Assembly (NCBI RefSeq): GCF_043950625.1
Contig: NZ_CP171007.1
Strand: one strand, 5' to 3'
Source of the DNA: Alkanindiges sp. WGS2144
GTDB taxonomy: Bacteria; Pseudomonadota; Gammaproteobacteria; Pseudomonadales; Moraxellaceae
DNA: 32,000 bases
Of this stretch, positions 26,716 through 32,000 are shown piece by piece. Position 1 is the stretch's first letter, and every line of letters begins with the position of its first letter. A model generated the notes under the pieces. That model saw only the letters and a program-made list of their open reading frames with translations, ran no database searches and was not told the origin of the DNA. The translations under genes were made by a program, and so were the position numbers.

Positions 26716-27591
26716 TTGAGGCAGGTTAATGGCAGCATGATAAATTTTAGCTTACAGGAATTTTGCGATATTGACGGGATCGGCGCAGCATCCGGCCTGC
26801 TGATTGAGCAGGGTCAATTATTCCTGGTCTCGGATCATGCTTCTTATTTATATCAGTATCACTTAAAGCAGCAGCAACTAGAACGAATTGCTCTAGTCGC
26901 ACAGGCGCAGGATATCATTGCCAAAAAAGATAAGTTTGACATTGAAGCGCTGTTAAAAAAAGATGATACCCTATGGATGTTTGGCTCTGGCTCTACCAGG
27001 CAGCGTAATCAGGCCTTTAGCTATCACTTGAGCACACACCAGTTAAGCATGATTGACCTTGGCGATTTGTATCAGCAATTTAAGCAGGTTGCCGGTTTTG
27101 GTGATGATGCGCTGAATATTGAAGGCGTGATTTATCATGCCGGGCAGTGGCTGTTTTTTCAGCGTGGTAATGGCGCCAGCGCAATAAATGGCGTATTTAC
27201 GGTGGTGGGTGAGCAATTAACCGGGCCGCAGCATGTGGGTTTTACTGCGGTACCACTGCCGCAAATTCAACAAGTTACTGCCAGTTTTACTGATGCTATT
27301 TTGGTCAATGAGCAAATTTATTTTCTGGCTGCCGTAGAAAATAGTGCATCTACTTATGACGATGGTGAAGTGCTGGGCTGTTTTATTGGTTGTATGGATT
27401 TAATGACAAAGCAAGTTAAGTTTACGCAACACATCAGCAGTCATCATAAATTTGAGGGACTGGCTTTGTATCAGCAAACTGGTGCGGAAAAAACCAGCCA
27501 TAGCCTGACTTTTTTATTATGTGAAGATAACGATACTGAGCAGTTAACTACTACTATTTATCAGTTAAACCTGCTCTTCACGTCTAAATGA
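26716..27591 (+). CDS. Uncharacterised 291-aa protein, no signal peptide; repeated hydrophobic-(D/N/F)-(I)E-(A/G) motifs suggest a beta-propeller-like fold (DUF3616/phytase-like?)
   Basis: This is a long ORF with ordinary codon usage. KFDIEALL..., LNIEGVIYHAGQWLFFQRGNG and KFEGLALY...FLLCEDND recur at ~60-120-aa spacing. The start is ambiguous (TTG 26716 or ATG 26737). The family guess is from memory only. Confidence 0.6.
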   Translation: MRQVNGSMINFSLQEFCDIDGIGAASGLLIEQGQLFLVSDHASYLYQYHLKQQQLERIALVAQAQDIIAKKDKFDIEALLKKDDTLWMFGSGSTRQRNQAFSYHLSTHQLSMIDLGDLYQQFKQVAGFGDDALNIEGVIYHAGQWLFFQRGNGASAINGVFTVVGEQLTGPQHVGFTAVPLPQIQQVTASFTDAILVNEQIYFLAAVENSASTYDDGEVLGCFIGCMDLMTKQVKFTQHISSHHKFEGLALYQQTGAEKTSHSLTFLLCEDNDTEQLTTTIYQLNLLFTSK

Positions 27592-27594
27592 TGA

Positions 27595-28281
27595 TTGCAT
27601 CAAAATAATTTGCCCATGCCAAAAACGATAACTATAGCGATAGCGCTTCGGGAGCTACAGCCAGCTGCATTGTCCAGTGAATTATCAAGTTTGGCAACAC
27701 AGTTAGCAGCTTATCCGTCGGCTGCTACACACTTCTCCAGACGCCTGTATGAACAACAGGCTACCCAGGCGCTCAGGCAGCAAATTATGGGTAATTATCT
27801 TGATCTTCCCATGGATCAACTGGTTTTTGGCAAGCAGGACAATGGAAAGCCTTTTTTAAAAAATAATGTAAGAGTTGAATTTAACCAGTCGCACTGCAAC
27901 GATCAGTTTGTGCTGGCAATCAACCAGCAGGGGCTAGCACTAGGGGTTGATATTGAAACCAAACACCGTAAAATTAATATACAGGCACTGGCCGCGCGTA
28001 TTTTAACGCCACTTGAGCAAAAGCAGTTTGTTTTATCAGACAGGCCACAAGAGTTTTTATTAAAAATCTGGACGGTTAAGGAAGCGGTACTTAAAGCCAG
28101 TGGGCTGGGCATACGGTTAAACCTGCACACTCTGGAAACTGGCGCTCGATGTGATGGGCATGGCATGGCAGCGCAACCATTGATTGGACACTGGCATTAT
28201 AAGTGTTTTGAAACCAGTCAGCACTATTATACCATTGCCTGGCAGGATATTGTGGCGGCAGTTGATTTTGTGCAGATATAA
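27595..28281 (+). CDS. Sfp/EntD-type 4'-phosphopantetheinyl transferase
   Basis: KPF...FNQSH, GVDIE and WTVKEAVLKASG are the three PPTase signature motifs, and the ~220-aa two-lobe size fits. The start is TTG 27595 (4 nt after the upstream stop) or ATG 27616. Confidence 0.85.
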   Translation: MHQNNLPMPKTITIAIALRELQPAALSSELSSLATQLAAYPSAATHFSRRLYEQQATQALRQQIMGNYLDLPMDQLVFGKQDNGKPFLKNNVRVEFNQSHCNDQFVLAINQQGLALGVDIETKHRKINIQALAARILTPLEQKQFVLSDRPQEFLLKIWTVKEAVLKASGLGIRLNLHTLETGARCDGHGMAAQPLIGHWHYKCFETSQHYYTIAWQDIVAAVDFVQI

Positions 28282-28309
28282 AAAACCCTGAATCAATCAG
28301 GGTTTTTTT
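28280..28309. terminator. Bidirectional rho-independent terminator between the PPTase gene (+) and secF (-)
   Basis: accctga(28285-28291)/tcagggt(28297-28303), with an A-run upstream and a T7 run downstream. Confidence 0.85.
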
Positions 28310-28361
28310 ACGACCTAACCGTTGTGTGGCTCTACTTGAAAGTAGATTGATCGCACAATAG

Positions 28362-29357
28362 TTAAGGCATGCTTTCTTCTTCAAATTCTGGCTTAACCTG
28401 AACAATAAAATCCTGACGGTTAAGGCCACGCCACAGGGCATAGGCAGTGCCAATATAAATGGATGAATAAGTGCCCACAAACAAACCCACCAGCATGGCA
28501 ACCGAAAACCAGAACAGGCCATCACCACCCAGAAATAACATGGCCAGTACCACAAGTAATAACGTGGCAACGGTCATTACGGTACGGCGCAGGGTTTCGG
28601 TCAGGGAAATATCAACCACTTCTTCCGGATCAGCGCCCCGGATTTTACGGAAGTTTTCGCGTATCCGGTCAGATACCACAATACTGTCGTTGAGAGAGTA
28701 ACCAATTAGCGCCAGTACCGCAGCAAGCACAGTGAGGTCAAATGGCCAGCCAAAGATGGAAAAAATGCCTACGGTCACAATAGTATCGTGTAGCAGGGCA
28801 ATCACCGCACCCATGGCCAGCTTGAACTCAAAGCGAATGGTAACGTAAATAAGCATGAGTACCAGCGCCAGTGCAACTGCGCCGAAGGAACGGATATATA
28901 GCTCATTACCCACTTGTGAACCAACAGCGTCCACCTTTTGTACGCTGGCAGTATTACCGGGTAACTGTACTGCCTGACTGATCCGGGCAGCCAAGTCTTC
29001 ACCCTCCTGGGCAGGCATGCGAATAATCAGGTCGCGTTGAGTACCCAGAAACTGTACTACCGGGTCAGTAAAGCCAGCCTGCTTTAGGGCATTGGTCACC
29101 TGGCCCTGTTCGACGGGCTGACTGTAGTTGACCTCTGCTGAAACACCACCGGTAAAGTCTAACCCCAGATTCAGGCCTTTATACGCCAGCACGACCACAC
29201 AAATAATGGATGCCAGCAAGGATAAAATAGAGGCAGCCACTTTAAGCCGCATAAAGCGGATAACTGGTTCATTGCCACGGCGACCATACTGGCGCGGTTC
29301 GTGTTCTGAACCGGGTGGTGTTGCAGGAGCAGGATGTTGAGCAGTTGATTTTGTCAT
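28362..29357 (-). CDS. secF: Protein translocase subunit SecF
   Basis: A six-TM SecF architecture with LDFTGG, a SecD/F C-terminal domain and the position after secD. I prefer ATG 29357, preceded by GAGGAG, over the TTG at 29372. Confidence 0.92.
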   Translation of the reverse strand: MTKSTAQHPAPATPPGSEHEPRQYGRRGNEPVIRFMRLKVAASILSLLASIICVVVLAYKGLNLGLDFTGGVSAEVNYSQPVEQGQVTNALKQAGFTDPVVQFLGTQRDLIIRMPAQEGEDLAARISQAVQLPGNTASVQKVDAVGSQVGNELYIRSFGAVALALVLMLIYVTIRFEFKLAMGAVIALLHDTIVTVGIFSIFGWPFDLTVLAAVLALIGYSLNDSIVVSDRIRENFRKIRGADPEEVVDISLTETLRRTVMTVATLLLVVLAMLFLGGDGLFWFSVAMLVGLFVGTYSSIYIGTAYALWRGLNRQDFIVQVKPEFEEESMP

Positions 29358-29368
29358 GTTGATTCTCC

Positions 29369-31237
29369 TCAAATGCTCAACTTGTTAATGCGGCGTTTGC
29401 CGTAAACCAGCTGGACAATACCACGCGTAACGGTAATGGCAGTAAACATCGAGCACACAATACCAATCGCCAGCGTGACCGCAAAGCCCTTGATAGGCCC
29501 TGTGCCAATAGCAAACAGGATAAAGGCAACCAGCAGAGTAGTCAGGTTCGAGTCAAAAATAGTGGTATAAGCCCGGTCATAACCGGCCACAATAGCCTGC
29601 TTGGGTGAGGCACCCCAGCGCAGTTCTTCCCGTATCCGCTCACAGATCAGCACGTTGGCATCTACGGCCATACCAATGGTCAGTACAATACCGGCAATAC
29701 CGGGCAAGGATAGCGCCGCGCCAATCCACGACATGACGGTTAAAATCATGGCCAGGTTCATGAATAGTGCCACGTTGGCAATCAGACCAAACACGCGATA
29801 GAACACCACCATAAAAATGGCGACCAAAATAAAGCCCACCTGCGTAGACAATAAGCCCTTGTCAATATTTTCCTGACCCAGACTCGGCCCTACGGTTCGC
29901 TCTTCTACAAAATACATGGGAGCGGCGAGCGCACCAGCACGCAGTAATAACGCCAGTTCAGCAGCTTCCTGTGGCGTGCCAACACCAGTAATACGAAACT
30001 GGGAACCCAGCACTGCCTGTACAGTTGCCCGGTTAATCACCACGCTTTCGGTATACGGGGTGCGGGTCTCTACAGTTTTGCCAGTTTCAGGGTCAGTAAC
30101 ATAGCCAATGCGTTGCTTGTTTTCAATAAACAATACCGCCATTTGCTTGCCCACTGCATTACGGGTGGCATCGGCCATTAATTTACCGCCAGCGGCATCC
30201 AGTGTGATATTGACTTCAGGCTGGTTATTTTCATCATAGCCGCTCATGGCATTTTGCACCCGGTCACCGGTTACAATACGCTGACGCTTGAGCAAAATAG
30301 ATGGGCCATCCAGCCGCTCATAAGGAAATGCCTGTGTACCCGGTGGTACAGGGCCGCCTGCATAGCTGTCGGCCTGATCAGCCACCATCCGGAACTCAAG
30401 GTTGGCAGTACGACCCAGTACCCGCTTGGCTTCGGCAGTATCCTGCACACCTGGTAGATCTACCACAATCCGGTTGCTGCCCTGACTTTGTACCAGAGCT
30501 TCAGCAACCCCTAACTCGTTAATCCGGTTACGCAGGGTGGTCAGGTTCTGGTTTACCGCATACTGGCTGATTTCCTGCAAGCGTGCTTCGGTATAACGCA
30601 GTTGCAAAACAGGTCCTTCAGCTGAGGCAATCGGCTGTAGGCTAAAATCATTGCCCATACGGCGTAGCGTGCTAATTGCCTTATCGCGGTCACTATTGTT
30701 GGCAAAGCTGACCACAATGGTATTTTTGTCTTGACGCACGTTATTAAAGGCAACTTTGTTATCACGCAGGTTACGGCGGATATCAGCAGTGGCAGTTTCC
30801 AGACGCTGTTCCAGTGCCTTGCTCATATCAACTTCAAGCAAAAAGTGCACACCGCCGCGCAGATCCAGTCCCAGCTTCATGGGCTTGGCGCCAATCGCCT
30901 GTAACCATACCGGAGTCGTCGGTGCCAGGTTCAGGGCAACCACATAGTTTTCGCCCAGCTCGCGGCGTAAGATTTCCTGCGCTTTTAGCTGTTCTTCGCT
31001 GGTTTGCACACGTAGCAGTGCTGCATTCTGACTAAAGGTGCCATCATGAGTAGTGATACTGGCATCTTTTAAAATTTGTTCTGCACGATCAAGCACAGAC
31101 TGATCAATTTGGCTTCCTGCCTTCGCCCCTGAAATTTGAACCGCTGGCTCGTCAGGATATAAACTAGGCAGGGCATATAATGTGCTGATTACCAGTACAA
31201 ACAGGATAAGCACATATTTCCACGCTGGATAACGCAT
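29369..31237 (-). CDS. secD: Protein translocase subunit SecD
   Basis: MRYPAWKYVLILFVL..., LGLDLRGGVHF, a large periplasmic domain and a C-terminal 5-TM block (TLPGIAGIVLTIGMAVDANVLI). Confidence 0.95.
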   Translation of the reverse strand: MRYPAWKYVLILFVLVISTLYALPSLYPDEPAVQISGAKAGSQIDQSVLDRAEQILKDASITTHDGTFSQNAALLRVQTSEEQLKAQEILRRELGENYVVALNLAPTTPVWLQAIGAKPMKLGLDLRGGVHFLLEVDMSKALEQRLETATADIRRNLRDNKVAFNNVRQDKNTIVVSFANNSDRDKAISTLRRMGNDFSLQPIASAEGPVLQLRYTEARLQEISQYAVNQNLTTLRNRINELGVAEALVQSQGSNRIVVDLPGVQDTAEAKRVLGRTANLEFRMVADQADSYAGGPVPPGTQAFPYERLDGPSILLKRQRIVTGDRVQNAMSGYDENNQPEVNITLDAAGGKLMADATRNAVGKQMAVLFIENKQRIGYVTDPETGKTVETRTPYTESVVINRATVQAVLGSQFRITGVGTPQEAAELALLLRAGALAAPMYFVEERTVGPSLGQENIDKGLLSTQVGFILVAIFMVVFYRVFGLIANVALFMNLAMILTVMSWIGAALSLPGIAGIVLTIGMAVDANVLICERIREELRWGASPKQAIVAGYDRAYTTIFDSNLTTLLVAFILFAIGTGPIKGFAVTLAIGIVCSMFTAITVTRGIVQLVYGKRRINKLSI

Positions 31238-31253
31238 TTGAGTTCTACTTCAT

Positions 31254-31285
31254 GAAAAAGGGGATTGGTGTTTAGGCAATCCCCT
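31254..31285 (-). terminator. Terminator-like hairpin between yajC and secD (probable partial, intra-operon terminator)
   Basis: Minus strand reads aggggatt-11 nt-aatcccct followed by TTTTT. The 8-bp stem is at forward 31259-31266 / 31278-31285. Confidence 0.55.
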
Positions 31286-31291
31286 GAAAAA

Positions 31292-31621
31292 TTACAGGCT
31301 GTTCAGTGTACCTTCTGGCAATACAGAAATAACCGCTGCTCTTTGAATTTTAACGTCGTTGCCGCGGTTAAGCTCAACCACCGCGTACTCACCTTCCAGT
31401 TTGGTAATGCGGCCCATGAGGCCACCGGCAAATACAACTTCGCTGCCCACACTCAGGCTCTCAACCATAGTGCGGTGTTCCTTGGTACGCTTGGCTTGAG
31501 GCCGCCAGATCAGAAAATAAAAAATTAAAACAAAGCCAACCATCATCAAGATGGAAGGTAGCGGGCTCTGGGCTGGCGCTGCGGCTGGCGCTGCGTGTGC
31601 GGTCGCTATTAATAAACTCAT
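31292..31621 (-). CDS. yajC: Preprotein translocase subunit YajC
   Basis: A single TM segment, then FYFLIWRPQAKRTKEH...GSEVVFAGGLMGRITK, the YajC signature. I prefer ATG 31621 (MSLLIATAHA), preceded by AAGGGA, over the ORF-track start at 31675. Confidence 0.9.
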   Translation of the reverse strand: MSLLIATAHAAPAAAPAQSPLPSILMMVGFVLIFYFLIWRPQAKRTKEHRTMVESLSVGSEVVFAGGLMGRITKLEGEYAVVELNRGNDVKIQRAAVISVLPEGTLNSL

Positions 31622-31692
31622 AAATAATCCCTTCAAGCAGTAGCAAAAAAAACAGATCTTGCCAGATTGATTCAAAATAATATTGGTGCTGC

Positions 31693-31721
31693 AATTTACC
31701 TTGTCTGGTGTTTTGACGCAA
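31693..31721 (-). promoter_or_regulatory. Candidate sigma70 promoter for yajC-secDF (TTGCGT-17-TAAATT)
   Basis: On the minus strand, TTGCGT is at forward 31716-31721 and TAAATT at 31693-31698, with a 17-nt spacer, ~70 nt upstream of the yajC ATG. Confidence 0.3.
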
Positions 31722-31740
31722 ATAGTTCAGACTTAACGCA

Positions 31741-32000
31741 TCATTTATTCACAAAAAAATGCCTTGGTGAAGTATTTATGAAGTCAAACCGATAAAAGCG
31801 CGCTGGGGTAATCACTGCATCAAGCGGCTGATCCCAGGGCTGGCGTTCAAGCTGTGCCACTTGCTGAAATTCGTAAGCTAAACCTAAGCGATACGCTTTA
31901 TTTTTTTTCCACAGGGTACGGTCATAATAACCGCCTCCCATGCCCACCCGTGTACCAGCGCTGTCGAAGGCGAGCAGAGGCAGAATCACCATATCCAGCT
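31741..32000 (-). CDS. 5-formyltetrahydrofolate cyclo-ligase, C-terminal part; 5' end outside window
   Basis: LLAFDSAGTRVGMGGGYYDRTL is the conserved C-terminal motif of the MTHFS/YgfA family. The frame stays open to the window edge. Confidence 0.8.
   Translation of the reverse strand, partial: LDMVILPLLAFDSAGTRVGMGGGYYDRTLWKKNKAYRLGLAYEFQQVAQLERQPWDQPLDAVITPARFYRFDFINTSPRHFFVNK

Noticed and set aside
28091-28570. 159-aa minus-strand ORF bridging the PPTase 3' end, the bidirectional terminator and the secF 3' end
   Set aside because: It reads through a strong terminator hairpin and overlaps two well-supported genes. Its Trp/Cys-rich composition is implausible.
1-32000. Whether the window is a genomic island, defence island or mobile element
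   Set aside because: I found no integrase, transposase, recombinase, phage gene, tRNA/tmRNA attachment site, terminal inverted repeats, CRISPR array or recognisable restriction, abortive-infection or toxin-antitoxin module. Gene content and order (ndk-rlmN-rodZ-ispG-hisS-yfgM-bamB-der, yajC-secDF) are classic core-genome synteny.
31741-32000. 6S RNA (ssrS), which is classically encoded immediately upstream of the 5-formyltetrahydrofolate cyclo-ligase gene
   Set aside because: The region upstream of this minus-strand gene lies beyond coordinate 32000, outside the window. Nothing can be said from this sequence.

Overview
No clearly novel multi-gene system was found. This window reads as conserved core chromosome of an Acinetobacter-like gammaproteobacterium (Moraxellaceae). 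The OmpA homologue has the Acinetobacter-type N-terminus MKLSRIALA...[11 protein letters not shown] and the C-terminal block [27 protein letters not shown]. All homology calls are from memory of protein families; no searches were run.

Gene content, left to right:
- prfC (3' part), a DUF3298-type lipoprotein, tatD-family hydrolase and tcdA, as overlapping genes
- thiolase (-), an orphan FimT/GspH-like minor pilin (-), ompA
- rtcB followed by a 55-aa basic ORF (-), a LysP-like permease (-), rsmC (-), an NCS2 nucleobase permease (-)
- typA/bipA, mscL, a 4-TM protein, iscX
- the enterobacterial-type syntenic block ndk-rlmN-pilW-rodZ-ispG-hisS-yfgM-bamB-der
- an uncharacterised 291-aa protein coupled to an Sfp-type phosphopantetheinyl transferase
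- secF-secD-yajC (-) and the 3' part of 5-formyltetrahydrofolate cyclo-ligase (-)

I see no integrase, transposase, tRNA, rRNA, CRISPR array or recognisable defence gene.

The best candidate for something undescribed is the stand-alone rtcB locus. It has no rtcA, rtcR, archease, prfH or rsr nearby. A tightly coupled 55-aa highly basic ORF follows it. An orphan promoter-to-terminator unit of about 255 nt, containing two tandem repeats of about 60 nt, precedes it; this could be an sRNA or an attenuating leader.

Secondary oddities:
- a family of hairpin-bearing ~60-bp repeats upstream of ndk
- the unknown-protein/PPTase pair
- a 16-bp perfect palindrome upstream of rlmN
- a 43-aa signal-peptide-like mini-ORF
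- an internal terminator-like hairpin between yajC and secD
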